Part shown: piece after piece, positions 8,705 to 19,392 of the stretch
How the letters are laid out: every line of letters starts with the position of its first letter
How positions within the stretch are numbered: position 1 is the stretch's first letter
Assembly (NCBI GenBank): GCA_963793865.1
Contig: CAWCBP010000001.1
Location: 800,001-864,000 of the forward strand
Source of the DNA: an uncultured delta proteobacterium
Lineage (GTDB): Bacteria; Desulfobacterota; WTBG01
Direction of reading: 5' to 3'
Length of the DNA stretch: 64,000 bases
The notes under the pieces: generated by a model
Told to the model about the DNA's origin: nothing
The model's input: the letters and a program-made list of their open reading frames with translations, nothing else
The model's database searches: none
Program-made: the position numbers and the translations under genes

Positions 8705-10020
8705 TGGGACGCCGGCAGAGGCTGCAGTGCAAACAATTCAAGATAGGTCTTGAAATCATCAGCTGACAGCCGCGTGTTAAGATAAAAGTCATTTTCAATG
8801 CTTATGGCCGACTCATCACCGGCTCCCCATGCGTCCAACCTGCCGCGCAGTGCTTCGTGCTTATCAAACAATTGCCCCACCTGTAATCCCAGGGGACTTT
8901 GCACCACCACCACCGGGTCGATGCCGGATTCGACTTCCACAAGAAAGGGAAGGCGGTCCGTGCCGGCATGGGTGCTGCCCACCATAAGAAGCACCTGCTT
9001 GTTCTTACCCGCCAGAGCCGAAACAGTAGTTGCCACGGCGCTGTCCCAGCCAAAAAAATCGATGGAACCTCGCGCGTCGTCCTGCTTCTGCGTTGCGGAA
9101 GGTCCGTGGACGAACGTGGCAATGCCCTGTTCTTCAATGAAGGTGAGCAGCGGCAGATAGTTCAGTTTATCAGCCGCCGCTTGCCTGCCTGTAAGCCTGG
9201 AAAGCCCCTCCTCAAGACCGATGACCAGATCTTTGGCTGACAGGGCGGTAACAATTTCAAAAAAAACGCTGTGCTGTTTTGTATCAAAATAGGAGTCAGC
9301 CAGAATAATGACCGGCGCGGTTTTGAGGCGCGTGACCATGTCCGCTTTGGTCAGCGTGTTATTTCTCACGTAGGTTTCATCCAGGGAAACGGTATCAAGG
9401 ATGGTGTGGCTTTTCCCAACATAATGCAGATTGTACTGCCCGGGGTCAATTTCTTTCAGCCGCGCATTATTCAGGGGAAACAATTGCTTTTGCTCAATCC
9501 GGCGCGCCACCAGGTACGGCGCCCGAATGGGCCAGTCATGGTCGGTGAGATACTGGTGAAGATCGGCGGCATCAGCCGCATTGCCCCGGTCAAAAAGTAT
9601 GAGCGCGATTTCTTCCAGCCGGGCCAGGTTACGGGTGCGCTTGAAGGCATCGACGGCCTCGGGAAATCTCCCGGCCTGGACAGCGGCCATACCGCTTTTT
9701 TCAACCAGTTCGATGGTGACCGGATCCTTGATGACTGCAATCTGTTGAGGCTTGAGAAATACTTCCCCCAATCCCTTTCCCATGTCCTCCGCCAGGATTT
9801 CACCCTCCATTATTTTCGTTCCCATGCCTTCACCGATTCTGGTTGCAATCTGCTGTGCCTCGCTGCTTCCCATCAGCTCTCTGGGATTGTCCACGCCGAT
9901 GAGCTTGCTCAAATCGGTGGTCAGCTTCAGCGTGCACCCCGGGAGGATGGCTGCCAGAAGAAGAGGCAGGTAAAGAAGCATCCGGCCGAGCGGGCACATA
10001 GTGTTATTCCGGCTTTGCAT
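8701..10020 (-). CDS. Putative lipoprotein with ChaN/TIKI-like C-terminal domain
   Basis: Lipobox LPGC; C-terminal IILADSY..H / IGLEE / WD..VA / LMVGSTH pattern resembles the ChaN/EreA fold. Confidence 0.55.
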   Translation of the reverse strand: MQSRNNTMCPLGRMLLYLPLLLAAILPGCTLKLTTDLSKLIGVDNPRELMGSSEAQQIATRIGEGMGTKIMEGEILAEDMGKGLGEVFLKPQQIAVIKDPVTIELVEKSGMAAVQAGRFPEAVDAFKRTRNLARLEEIALILFDRGNAADAADLHQYLTDHDWPIRAPYLVARRIEQKQLFPLNNARLKEIDPGQYNLHYVGKSHTILDTVSLDETYVRNNTLTKADMVTRLKTAPVIILADSYFDTKQHSVFFEIVTALSAKDLVIGLEEGLSRLTGRQAAADKLNYLPLLTFIEEQGIATFVHGPSATQKQDDARGSIDFFGWDSAVATTVSALAGKNKQVLLMVGSTHAGTDRLPFLVEVESGIDPVVVVQSPLGLQVGQLFDKHEALRGRLDAWGAGDESAISIENDFYLNTRLSADDFKTYLELFALQPLPASH

Positions 10021-10102
10021 GGCTAGTGGTCTTCAGGTAATGGACGGGCATACACTATTTATTAGCACGAAAGCGTCCACCTGTAAATAGGGCTTAATGA
10101 CG

Positions 10103-11284
10103 CTACGGCAGGGGGGTGCGTCTGCCGAAAAAGAGCAGGCACACCAGAGAAGAGCTTACAAGGCCCACCAAGGTACACGCATAGAAAACACCGGACAGGG
10201 ACCAGCAATCAAGGATAAAACCTGACAGGAGTGGCCCAATGCCCAGCCCGGCGCTCATGGCGACATTAAAAATGGCCATGGTGGTTCCCATGCCGAACTG
10301 TTTTCCCTCGGTTACGGTGAGGGCGCTTGCCGCGGGCAGCGAAATGGCGCCGAGAAAACCCAGGACGATGTTAAGTAAAAGCAGCTGGGAGAAATTGCCC
10401 GTCAGGGGAATAAGCGGTACGAGGGCAAAATAGAGAAAGCTGCCGGAGGCGACAAGGAATTTGCGGTCTGCCCGGTCCGCTAATCTGCCAAAAGGCATCT
10501 GCAGAAACGCGGTGAGCAGGATGCTTGATGCAATCACCACGCCTATTTGTGACCCGCTGAGCTTAAGGCTGTTGTGGGCATACAGGGGGACAAAGGCCAT
10601 GATGGTGCCGCGGCAGAAGGCATTGGAAAAGCGGTACAGGCAGATGCCCATGATGTTTCTGCTCTTCAGCATGGTGGCAAAAGGAACCGAGAGGGGAGGA
10701 GCGGGTTTCTGGACACTGCTGGAGCGGGGAAGGTACATTATAACCAGGATGAGAGCAAGCAGGCAGAGTCCCCCCATGAAAAGAAAATTAGCCTCCATGC
10801 TGGCCAGGTCCTGGCAGATGCCGCCGATGAGCGGGCCGCATCCGAAGCCCAGGAAAAGGGCAACGCTGAACATCCCCATGTAGCTTCCTTCCCGGTTCGG
10901 CGGGGAAATATCAGCAATGAAGGCCATGGCTATGGGTATAATCATGGCGGATGAAGCGCCCTGGATGAGGCGGACCGCGAAAAGCTCCTGCGCACTGCCG
11001 GCGTATATGTATCCCAGGGACGAGAGCGTGTAAATCAGCAGCCCGCCGGTTATGAACCGCTTTCTCCCCATGCGGTCGGAGATGCGCCCGACAGCGGGCA
11101 TGGCAACGCTCCGGGCGAGGTTGAATATTGCAAAGATGGCACCCAGCCACATGCCGTTTGCCCCCAGCGTCTCAGCGTAAAGAGGAAGTATGGGCACGAT
11201 GATGCCCACGCCGAGCATGGAGGTGAAGATGGAGATGAAAAGTACAAACAATATTTTTTTTCTGGTCGCCGACTGATCACTCAT
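10103..11284 (-). CDS. MFS transporter (DHA1-like)
   Basis: GRISDRMGRK motif A, repeated as GRLADRADRK; about 12 TM helices. Confidence 0.92.
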   Translation of the reverse strand: MSDQSATRKKILFVLFISIFTSMLGVGIIVPILPLYAETLGANGMWLGAIFAIFNLARSVAMPAVGRISDRMGRKRFITGGLLIYTLSSLGYIYAGSAQELFAVRLIQGASSAMIIPIAMAFIADISPPNREGSYMGMFSVALFLGFGCGPLIGGICQDLASMEANFLFMGGLCLLALILVIMYLPRSSSVQKPAPPLSVPFATMLKSRNIMGICLYRFSNAFCRGTIMAFVPLYAHNSLKLSGSQIGVVIASSILLTAFLQMPFGRLADRADRKFLVASGSFLYFALVPLIPLTGNFSQLLLLNIVLGFLGAISLPAASALTVTEGKQFGMGTTMAIFNVAMSAGLGIGPLLSGFILDCWSLSGVFYACTLVGLVSSSLVCLLFFGRRTPLP

Positions 11285-11343
11285 ATGGGAAGATGGCAGT
11301 AAAGGATAATGCCCGGTACCATGGAAGCATGAACATCTGCATC

Positions 11344-12531
11344 TTACGATTTAAATGGGGCGTGGTGATGAGGAAGGTGCCTGGCTATCTCGAGATAGAC
11401 CTTTTTTAAAGGGATGCGGTGCTTCCGGGCAATCATTTTGCACGCCTCATACTCGGGTGCCGCGAACGTGCTGCCATCGGGATAGGTGACTATCTTGACC
11501 TCGATCCGGCCATAGGGGGTGCGGATATTTTTTATCTGCCGGGGAAGCTTTATCCGTTCAGCCTGATAGTAGCGTATGCCGGAGGTGGATGATTCCTGAA
11601 ACATGATGGCCAGGAGATCCTCCTTCTTCTCGGGGTGGCAGATGATCTTGAGCAGCACCCCCGGGCGGTTTTTTTTCATCTGCAGGGGGGCAAGTGATAC
11701 ATCCAGGGCGCCGGCAGAGAAAAGCCGCTCCATGAGGTAGTCGTAGATCTCCGGGTTCATGTTATCAATGTTGGCCTCGAGGACCAGCACCTGGTCGGCG
11801 TGGGCGTCAGCCTCCTGTTCGCCCAGAATCAGGCGAAGCATGTTGGGCCTGTCAGGGAGCTGCCTGCTGCCGACTCCGTAGCCGATGCTGCTTATCTTCA
11901 TGGGCGGCATGGGACCGAAGTGCCGGGTCAGGCTGGTGATGAGCGCCGCCCCGGTCGGCGTCACCAGCTCTTCATTGAGAGGAATACCGTATACCGGTAC
12001 TCCCTGCAGCAGGTCGAGGCTTGCGGGTGCCGGCAGGGGGATCACCCCGTGCCGGCTGGAGATGAGTCCCGAAGCAAGCGGCAGCGGTGAGGCATATATC
12101 CGGTCGAGGTTAAAGTAATTGATCCCGATGGCGGTGCCCACAATGTCAACGATGGAATCGAGCGCTCCTACTTCATGAAAGTGGACCCTTGAAGGTTTTG
12201 TCCCATGGATTTTTGCTTCGGATTCCGCCAGCCGTCGGAATACGGTGAGACTGAGACTCTTTACACCCGCTGAAAGCGTGCTTTCGGAAATCATGCGCCG
12301 GATATCGGAGAAGGTCCGGTGGGAATGTCCGTGCCCGGCTGCGTCCACGGTGATCTGACAGCCGGTGAGGTGCATCCTCTGCGCGGCATGGAGGCGCAGG
12401 GTGTAGCGGCCGGCGGTAAGACGCTTCAGTTCACGCCTGAGAATTTTTTCCGGCAGGCCGGCGTTGAGCAGCGCGCCAAGCAGCATGTCACCGCTGATGC
12501 CCGAAAAGCAGTCCAGATAGGCTATCTTCAT
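11344..12531 (-). CDS. larC: Nickel pincer cofactor nickel insertase LarC
   Basis: YLDCFSGISGDM, HFHEVGALDS, ELVTPTGAA, MKKNRPG, PEYE motifs; short His-rich patch. Confidence 0.93.
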   Translation of the reverse strand: MKIAYLDCFSGISGDMLLGALLNAGLPEKILRRELKRLTAGRYTLRLHAAQRMHLTGCQITVDAAGHGHSHRTFSDIRRMISESTLSAGVKSLSLTVFRRLAESEAKIHGTKPSRVHFHEVGALDSIVDIVGTAIGINYFNLDRIYASPLPLASGLISSRHGVIPLPAPASLDLLQGVPVYGIPLNEELVTPTGAALITSLTRHFGPMPPMKISSIGYGVGSRQLPDRPNMLRLILGEQEADAHADQVLVLEANIDNMNPEIYDYLMERLFSAGALDVSLAPLQMKKNRPGVLLKIICHPEKKEDLLAIMFQESSTSGIRYYQAERIKLPRQIKNIRTPYGRIEVKIVTYPDGSTFAAPEYEACKMIARKHRIPLKKVYLEIARHLPHHHAPFKS

Positions 12532-12539
12532 AGGTGCAC

Positions 12540-13292
12540 CTAGGACCTGTTGATCAGGCCGGCTATGTAGCCGGCACCGAATCCATTATCAATGTTGACC
12601 ACCGCAATGCCCGAGGCGCAGGAGTTGAGCATGGAAAGCAATGCGGCGATGCCGCCGAACCCGGTACCGTAACCCGTGCTGGTGGGTACGGCGATGACCG
12701 GCTTATCCACCATGCCGCCAATCACGCTGGGCAATGCGCCTTCCATGCCCGCGACCACAATCAGTACCGAGGCGGAAAAAAGCTTGTCCCTCTTTTCCAT
12801 AAGGCGGTGAATGCCGGCCACACCCACGTCATAAAGCCGGTCTACGGCGTTGCCCATGATGGAAGCGGTAATCAGGGCCTCTTCCGCAACCGGAATGTCG
12901 GATGTGCCCGCGGATACCACCAGAATGGTTCCACGGCCCTTCGGTACCTGCTTTTTCTGCCGCAGCGTGAGGAGACGGGAAGCCGGATGGTAGGTAAGGG
13001 AGGGCAGCGCCCTTCTTATGCGGGCTGCCTTGCCGGCGTCGACCCGGGTCACCAGTATGGGCTCTTTATTGCACAGCATTTTTTTGATGATGGTGATTAT
13101 CTGGGATGATGTTTTACCCTCTCCCCAGATGACCTCGGGAAAGCCTTTTCGCAAGGTACGGTGATGATCCAGTGATGCAAAGCCGATATCCTCAAACGGC
13201 AGGCTTTTGAGCCGCGCAAGAGCTGCATCGATGGAGATGGTTTGACGCCTCACCCCTTCAAGCACCTTTTTTATGTCATCAGGTCGCATCAT
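12540..13292 (-). CDS. larB: Nickel pincer cofactor biosynthesis carboxylase/hydrolase LarB
   Basis: AGTSDIPVAEE, DVGVAGIHRL, AGMEGALPSV, VNIDNGFGA. Confidence 0.94.
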   Translation of the reverse strand: MMRPDDIKKVLEGVRRQTISIDAALARLKSLPFEDIGFASLDHHRTLRKGFPEVIWGEGKTSSQIITIIKKMLCNKEPILVTRVDAGKAARIRRALPSLTYHPASRLLTLRQKKQVPKGRGTILVVSAGTSDIPVAEEALITASIMGNAVDRLYDVGVAGIHRLMEKRDKLFSASVLIVVAGMEGALPSVIGGMVDKPVIAVPTSTGYGTGFGGIAALLSMLNSCASGIAVVNIDNGFGAGYIAGLINRS

Positions 13293-13294
13293 TA

Positions 13295-14308
13295 CTACCC
13301 GGCAGATGAAAAGTGGTCGAAACCCAATTTCCCGATATCATAAGGCTGGTGTTTCGAATCGAGCACTACCAGCCCCCCCGCGTCGGTAATCTCGCCGATT
13401 TTTGTGACCGGTACCGAAAAGCCCTCGGCCAGCTTGAGCAGTTCACCTTCACGATCGTTTGCAGCGGTGAAAAGCAGCTCGTAGTCCTCTCCCCCGGAGA
13501 GGGCGTAATCGATCCTTCGTTCGCCCCCGGAAAGCGGGCAGTGTAAAAAGTCCTCAGAGAGAGGCAGGCGGTCAAGCGCAATGGTAGCCCCTTTGTCGCT
13601 TGCCGCAAGCAGACGCGACAGGTCCGCGAGGAGTCCATCGCTTACATCGATCATGGAAGATGGAATATGGTTTTCCGCAAGCATGCGTCCCTCGAGGACC
13701 CGGGGGACCGGTGTAAGGTGGCGTGCCGCCAGGGTTTTAAAAGGAGAGCGCAACGCGTTCTCCCGTTCCCGCTTCAAAAGATTCAGGCCCAGGGAGGAAT
13801 CTCCCAGCGTGCCGGTAACCCAGATGGAATCGCCCCCCCGGGCGCCGCATCGCCTGACGGCCTGGTCGGGTGGTATCTCTCCCAGGATGGTTATGTCAAT
13901 CACCAGCTGCAGGGGCGAAGCATTGGTGTCGCCGCCCGCCAGCCGTGTGTTATAGTGACCGGCAAGCGTCATCATTCCCCGGTAGAGGTCATCTACAAAT
14001 CGCAGCGGGAGGTGCGGCGGCAGGCCGAGAGAAACAAGAAAAAACCGCGGGATGCCGCCCATGGCCGCGATATCGCTCAAATTAACCGCAAGGGATTTTG
14101 TGCCCAGGCTCAGGGCGTCGGTAAGCCCCAGATCGAAGTGAACCTGTTCGATCAGGAGATCACAGCTGATGAGCAGCAGCTGATGCTCGGTCAGCCTGAG
14201 CGCAGCCGCGTCATCACCTATGCCGCAGGCAATGGAAGGATCTCCGGCCCCATAGGCAGCGGAAATGCGCTTAATGAGCCCGGATTCGCCTAGTGCTTTG
14301 ATGTCCAC
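13295..14308 (-). CDS. thiL: Thiamine-monophosphate kinase
   Basis: [38 protein letters not shown]. Confidence 0.95.
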   Translation of the reverse strand: MDIKALGESGLIKRISAAYGAGDPSIACGIGDDAAALRLTEHQLLLISCDLLIEQVHFDLGLTDALSLGTKSLAVNLSDIAAMGGIPRFFLVSLGLPPHLPLRFVDDLYRGMMTLAGHYNTRLAGGDTNASPLQLVIDITILGEIPPDQAVRRCGARGGDSIWVTGTLGDSSLGLNLLKRERENALRSPFKTLAARHLTPVPRVLEGRMLAENHIPSSMIDVSDGLLADLSRLLAASDKGATIALDRLPLSEDFLHCPLSGGERRIDYALSGGEDYELLFTAANDREGELLKLAEGFSVPVTKIGEITDAGGLVVLDSKHQPYDIGKLGFDHFSSAG

Positions 14309-16676
14309 CTGCTTTTTTTATCCCCGGCAGCCTGCGTTTGTAGAGGGCATGATGGAGGACATCATCCATGGTGCGGGCAAATACAAACGTGAGCCGCTCT
14401 TTTATGTTTTCAGGTATTTCTTCCAGATCCTTTTTGTTGCGCTCGGGAACGATGATGGTCTTGATCTTGGCGCGAATGGCGCCCAGGGACTTTTCCTTGA
14501 GGCCTCCGACCGGGAGCACCCGGCCGCGCAGGGTGATTTCTCCGGTCATGGCCACGTCCTTTTTAACCGGTGTTTTGGTAAGGGATGAGATGACCGCGGT
14601 TGCCATGGTAACGCCCGCCGATGGCCCGTCCTTGGGAATGGCCCCTGCGGGAACATGGATATGGATGTCAAGCTTTTCATGAAAGTCGGGATTGATGTTC
14701 AATTCCCGGGCTTTTGAGCGGGCATAACTTAAGGCTGCCTGGGCGGATTCCTTCATGACGTCCCCGAGATGTCCGGTCAGGGTTAAATTTCCCTTGCCTT
14801 TCATGGTTGAGGCCTCAACATACAACACCTCTCCGCCGGCCTGAGTCCAGGCAAGTCCGGTAGCAACCCCTATTTGATTTGCCTCCTGCTCGGACTCCGG
14901 GAGATATGTGGGAACCCCGAGATATTTGTGCAGGTTTTCGGTGGTGATATGATGTGCCCCGGGTTTGTTCTCGGCGAGACTCCGGGCCACCTTCCGGCAC
15001 ATGGCGGCAATCTCCCGCTCCAGATTTCGCAGTCCGGACTCCTGGGTGTAATGGGAAATGGCCATGAGCAGCGCGCTGTCATCAATTTTCAGGTTCTTTT
15101 TGCTGATGCCGTTTTCTTCCAGCTGTCGGGGTATAAGGAATTGCTTGGCAATCATCAGCTTTTCTTCGTCGGTGTAACCGGAGATGGTGATGATTTCCAT
15201 CCGGTCCTTCAGCGCGGAAAGAATTGGGTCAACCAGGTTTGCCGTGGTAATAAACATGACATTGGAGAGGTCGAAGGGCAGGTTGAGATAGTGATCGCTG
15301 AAGGAAAAGTTCTGCTCGGGATCAAGCACCTCCAGCAGAGCCGCTGAGGGGTCGCCCCGGAAGTCGGCGCCAACCTTGTCGATCTCATCCATCATGAACA
15401 CCGGATTATTGCTTTGCGACTGCTTGATGCCCTGAATGATCCGTCCCGGCAGGGCCCCGATATATGTTCTGCGGTGGCCCCTGATCTCCGCCTCGTCGCG
15501 TATGCCGCCCAGGGAAATCCTGGTGAACTTTCTTCCCAGTGCCCGGGCAATCGACTTCCCCAGCGAGGTTTTGCCCACCCCCGGCGGTCCCACGAAACAG
15601 AGGATGGGGCCCTTCATTTTCTTTTTTAATTTCCTGACGGCAAGATATTCCAGGATGCGCTCTTTCACCTTTTCCAGATTGTAATGATCCTGATCCAGCA
15701 CCTCCTTGGCCTTTTTGATGTCCAAATTGTCCCTGGTTTGCCTGCTCCAGGGTATTTCCACCAGCCAGTCGAGATAAGTGCGCACGATGGAAGCCTCGGC
15801 CGCGTCGGCATGCATCTGATCAAGCCGGCTCAGCTGCTTTTTGGCCTCCTTTTCCACCTCCTCCGGCATCTTGGCCTGCTTGATCTTTTTGGTCAGCTCG
15901 GCCACCTCCGCGGCCTTTTCATCAATGTCTCCCAGCTCGGCTTTTATGGCCTTGAGCTGCTCGCGCAGAAAATATTCGCGCTGGGTTTTGGTCATCTCCT
16001 CCTTGGCCTGGGACTGTATCTTGGCCTGCATGGTCGATACTTCCAGCTCCTTGGAAAGATGCTCATTTACCTTTTTGAGCCGCTCGGAGGGATCAAGGGT
16101 CTCCAGAATTCCTTGCGAGTCCTCTATCTTGAGCCGCAAGTTCGACGCTACCAGGTCGGCAAGCCGTCCCGGCTCATTGACGCTGTCCAGGATTTCTATG
16201 ACTTCAGTGGAGATAAGGCCCTTGAGCGACAATATCTTTTCGCACTGCTCCTTCACGTTTCTCATCAGCGCTTCAATTTCCGGCGTAACCTGCGAAGCAG
16301 CAACATCAGGGGCTTCCTCGATAGCCACCTGGAACGATGGCTCAACTCTCAGGTATTCCTTGATCCGGGCGGTGACCAGACCCTGTATCAGTATTTTAAC
16401 CCGGCCGTCCGGAAGCTTGAATTTCTTCATGATCATTGCCACCGTGCCGGTCGCATAGATATCCTCCGGCTTGGGATTGTCGTTGTTCGGATCCTTCTGG
16501 GTGGCAATGCAAATGAGGCGGTCCTTGCTCAACGCCTCATCAACAGCGCTGATGGAGGATTCCCTCCCCACGTATAAGGGCAGAAACATGTGGTTAAAAA
16601 TCACAATGTCCCGGACCGGAAGCAGCGGCAGGGCCTTGGGTATTTCAATCGGTTCTTTTCCTTCAGCTTGCACCAT
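14271..16676 (-). CDS. lon: ATP-dependent Lon protease
   Basis: GPPGVGKTS Walker [18 protein letters not shown] catalytic Ser; 3' end overlaps thiL start by 38 nt. Confidence 0.97.
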   Translation of the reverse strand: MVQAEGKEPIEIPKALPLLPVRDIVIFNHMFLPLYVGRESSISAVDEALSKDRLICIATQKDPNNDNPKPEDIYATGTVAMIMKKFKLPDGRVKILIQGLVTARIKEYLRVEPSFQVAIEEAPDVAASQVTPEIEALMRNVKEQCEKILSLKGLISTEVIEILDSVNEPGRLADLVASNLRLKIEDSQGILETLDPSERLKKVNEHLSKELEVSTMQAKIQSQAKEEMTKTQREYFLREQLKAIKAELGDIDEKAAEVAELTKKIKQAKMPEEVEKEAKKQLSRLDQMHADAAEASIVRTYLDWLVEIPWSRQTRDNLDIKKAKEVLDQDHYNLEKVKERILEYLAVRKLKKKMKGPILCFVGPPGVGKTSLGKSIARALGRKFTRISLGGIRDEAEIRGHRRTYIGALPGRIIQGIKQSQSNNPVFMMDEIDKVGADFRGDPSAALLEVLDPEQNFSFSDHYLNLPFDLSNVMFITTANLVDPILSALKDRMEIITISGYTDEEKLMIAKQFLIPRQLEENGISKKNLKIDDSALLMAISHYTQESGLRNLEREIAAMCRKVARSLAENKPGAHHITTENLHKYLGVPTYLPESEQEANQIGVATGLAWTQAGGEVLYVEASTMKGKGNLTLTGHLGDVMKESAQAALSYARSKARELNINPDFHEKLDIHIHVPAGAIPKDGPSAGVTMATAVISSLTKTPVKKDVAMTGEITLRGRVLPVGGLKEKSLGAIRAKIKTIIVPERNKKDLEEIPENIKERLTFVFARTMDDVLHHALYKRRLPGIKKAGGHQSTRRIRAH

Positions 16677-16724
16677 AGAATGCTGACCTTTCCTTGGCTG
16701 TAAAAAAATTATCTTTTTGTTTTT

Positions 16725-16754
16725 ACTATAACATTACTTTCAAGCAAGGGTCAA
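16725..16754 (-). promoter_or_regulatory. Sigma70-type promoter for lon operon
   Basis: TTGACC-N18-TATAGT with TG extended -10 on minus strand. Confidence 0.55.
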
Positions 16755-16998
16755 GTGCATAGTGGCGGGGCGGAGTGTCATCGCTCTATTTCCGCGGTGT
16801 AATCGTGTGATTACCTGTGTTGCTCATATGCATGCCTGCAGCGGTGACTTATTTTTGAGACAGCAACACATGGATGGCGAGGGAATGCCCGAAAATCCTT
16901 TAAGCCCGCCGCGGCAGTCTCAAGAATGGGCTTTACATATTTTGAAAATATGGTATTTTTTCCCGAAGAAATCCTTAATACCATACCGGGAGGCCAAG

Positions 16999-17685
16999 GT
17001 GACCGAAGCGCCGCACAAAATATCCGTCGTGATTCCCGCCCTCAACGAGGAACATACCATTGCCGAGATCATCGAGGGGGCAAAGCCATACGCGGATGAA
17101 ATCCTGGTGGTGGACGGGCACTCTCAGGACAGGACCCGGGAGGTTGCTGAAGCGCTGGGTGTCAGGGTCATACTGGATAACCGGAAGGGAAAGGGCGAGG
17201 CACTGCGGCATTCCCTCAACTTCGCCACCGGTGATATACTGGTTTTCATTGATGCCGACGGGTCACACGACCCCGGAGATATTCCCCTGCTGGTGGAGCC
17301 CATCAAAAAGGGTGAGGCGGACCATGTGTCCGGTTCGCGCCTGACGGGCGGGTCAAGCGAACTGCACGGGGGCTTCGATGAATGCTTCCGACTCATGGGC
17401 AGCTCCTTTATTACCGCCTGCATCAACTGGAGGTTTAAAGTCCGGCTGAGTGAAAGCCAGAACGGCTTTCGGGCGATTCGCGCCGATGTGATGAGACAGC
17501 TGGGCCTGGTTGAAGATATTACCACCATCGAGCAGGAAATGATTATCAAGACCCTGAAAAAGGGTTTCCGGATGGCTGAAGTTCCCAGCCACGAGCATGT
17601 GCGCAAGATGGGCTATTCAAAAATCAGCCTCAGGAAGGTCTGGTTCAGGTACGTCTATTCAATGATCAAGTACCTCTTTTTCTAA
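16999..17685 (+). CDS. GT2 glycosyltransferase, DPM1/polyprenyl-phosphate glycosyltransferase-like
   Basis: SVVIPALNEE, VDGHSQD, GKG, FIDADGSH (DxD), GSR, SESQNGFRA; GTG start after GGAGG. Confidence 0.9.
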   Translation: MTEAPHKISVVIPALNEEHTIAEIIEGAKPYADEILVVDGHSQDRTREVAEALGVRVILDNRKGKGEALRHSLNFATGDILVFIDADGSHDPGDIPLLVEPIKKGEADHVSGSRLTGGSSELHGGFDECFRLMGSSFITACINWRFKVRLSESQNGFRAIRADVMRQLGLVEDITTIEQEMIIKTLKKGFRMAEVPSHEHVRKMGYSKISLRKVWFRYVYSMIKYLFF

Positions 17686-17795
17686 CAGGCTGTTGAAAAA
17701 CACGCATCCCCTGCGTTACATGCTCATCCTTCGGCATTGCAGCGTACCTGCATTTATTAAATAATGCACAATAACCGTACACCGGCACACCCTCA
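17682..17795. mobile_element. Degenerate MITE-like element
   Basis: Begins CTAACAGGCTGTTGAAAAA (IS-end-like, overlapping the GT2 TAA stop), then CTGCGTT..CTCATCCTTCGGCATTGCAGCGTAC..GTAC, resembling a small repeat I recall from deltaproteobacterial genomes; single copy here. Confidence 0.5.
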
Positions 17796-17825
17796 TTGAA
17801 ATGGGGGTCTGCCCGGACGCCGAAT

Positions 17826-19250
17826 ATGCGTGTTCTTTTGCTGAATCCTCCTGCCGGAGGCGGGAGGAAATTTATTAGGGAAGGCAGATGCACCCAGGAA
17901 CAGGGGGTGTGGGCCACGCTCTGGCCCCCGCTTTCCCTGGCCGTCATCGGCGCGGTGCTGGAGCGTGACGGCCATCAGGTTCGCATCATGGATTGTCCCG
18001 CCCAGGGCCGGACCTTCGATGACGTGAAGATGGCCATTGGCGAAATGAGTCCCGGGGTGATTATCTGGAGCACCGGAACGCCGTCCATAGAGAACGATCT
18101 GCAGCTTGCCTCACGCATCAAGGTCTGGAGCCCGGCCGCGCGTACGGTGGTTTTCGGCACCCATGTGACCGCGCTGGACCGGGAGTGCCTGCAGTCGGCG
18201 CCGGGCCTGGATATCATCGTGCGCAATGAGCCGGAAGCGACGCTGGCCGAGCTGGTCAGGAACCTTTCGGAAGCGAAGGGAATAGAGGGTATCACCGGAA
18301 TAACCTACCGGAATGAACAGGGAGGCGCTGTCCGCAACCCGGCGCGCCCCTTTATGGAAAACCTTGATGATCTGCCCTTTCCCGCCTGGCACCTGATCGA
18401 TGTGGATCGTTACCGGCTGCCCCTCAAGGGACGACCGTTCCTGATGGTGGCCCCGTTGCGAGGCTGCCCCTTTGGATGCAGCTTCTGTACCTGTCACACG
18501 TATTATGGCGCGCGACTGCGCACTAGGTCGGTTGAGAGCGTGATCGCCGAGATTGTTCATGACCGGGAGCGCTTCGGCATCAGCGACTTTTTTTTCTGGG
18601 CCGAAACCTTCGTAGTCAACAAAGACTATGTGCGCCGGCTCTGCCGCGCCATGCTGGAACGGGGCGTGCGCATCGCCTGGACCGCCAACAGCCGGGTGGA
18701 CACGGTCGACGCGGAGCTGCTGTCGCTGATGGCCGAGGCAGGCTGCTGGATGATCAGCTTCGGGATTGAGTCGGCGAGCCAGGCGGTGCTTGACCGGGCG
18801 GACAAGGGAACCCGCGTCTCAGACGCGATGACGGCGGTTCAGCTTGCGCGGAAGGCAGGAATTAAAACGGTCGGCCACTTCATTCTCGGCCTGCCGGGAG
18901 AAACCGAGGAGTCGCTTGAAGAGACCATTGTATTTGCCGGGAAGCTCAAGCTGGACCTGGCGCAGTTTTACTGCGCCGTTCCCTTTCCCGGAAGCCGTCT
19001 GTATGAGCGCGCTCTGAAGGAAGGATGGATCAATCCGCCTGACTTCAGCAATTTCAACCAGAATACCCCGCTTCTGAATCTTCCCGGACTGCCCGCGGAA
19101 GTGGTGAGCCGCTATCGCGCCCGGGCCTACCGGCGATTTTATACAAGGCCGGCAAATGTGGTCAGGGCGCTGCGCCTGGTCAACTGGATGGACCTGCCCG
19201 GTCTTTTCCGGGCCATGGCCGCATTTGTCCGATGGATGCTAAAGCTATGA
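17826..19250 (+). CDS. Cobalamin-binding radical SAM protein (HpnJ/HpnP/BchE-like class)
   Basis: N-terminal B12-binding domain (LLLNPP..PPLSLA..GTHVT..RNEPE); RGCPFGCSFC CxxxCxxC; FGIES; FILGLPGET; PFPGS. Confidence 0.92.
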   Translation: MRVLLLNPPAGGGRKFIREGRCTQEQGVWATLWPPLSLAVIGAVLERDGHQVRIMDCPAQGRTFDDVKMAIGEMSPGVIIWSTGTPSIENDLQLASRIKVWSPAARTVVFGTHVTALDRECLQSAPGLDIIVRNEPEATLAELVRNLSEAKGIEGITGITYRNEQGGAVRNPARPFMENLDDLPFPAWHLIDVDRYRLPLKGRPFLMVAPLRGCPFGCSFCTCHTYYGARLRTRSVESVIAEIVHDRERFGISDFFFWAETFVVNKDYVRRLCRAMLERGVRIAWTANSRVDTVDAELLSLMAEAGCWMISFGIESASQAVLDRADKGTRVSDAMTAVQLARKAGIKTVGHFILGLPGETEESLEETIVFAGKLKLDLAQFYCAVPFPGSRLYERALKEGWINPPDFSNFNQNTPLLNLPGLPAEVVSRYRARAYRRFYTRPANVVRALRLVNWMDLPGLFRAMAAFVRWMLKL

Positions 19251-19270
19251 TGTGCTGCTACTGGCAATAT

Positions 19271-19373
19271 CGGTAGGAGCGCCTTGAGGCGCGATGCTTT
19301 CGCGGCTTAAAGCCGCTCCTACCGGTTATCAATGTTTTTGAGAGATACATTCTCGGATTTCAACCTGTAAGAA
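19271..19373 (+). repeat. GTAG-family REP doublet plus conserved tail (copy A)
   Basis: CGGTAGGAGCGCCTTGAGGCGCGA...TTCGCGGCTTAAAGCCGCTCCTACCG inverted pair, then TGAGAGAT..CCTGTAAGAA tail shared with copies at 23072, 23283 and 61975. Confidence 0.85.
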
Positions 19374-19392
19374 ACTAACCCGCATTTGGAGG

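Noticed and set aside
15684..16577. Long antisense ORFs (also 20188-20985, 31989-32939, 48599-49387, 55777-56739)
   Set aside because: Shadow frames of well-conserved GC-rich genes, with no recognisable motifs.
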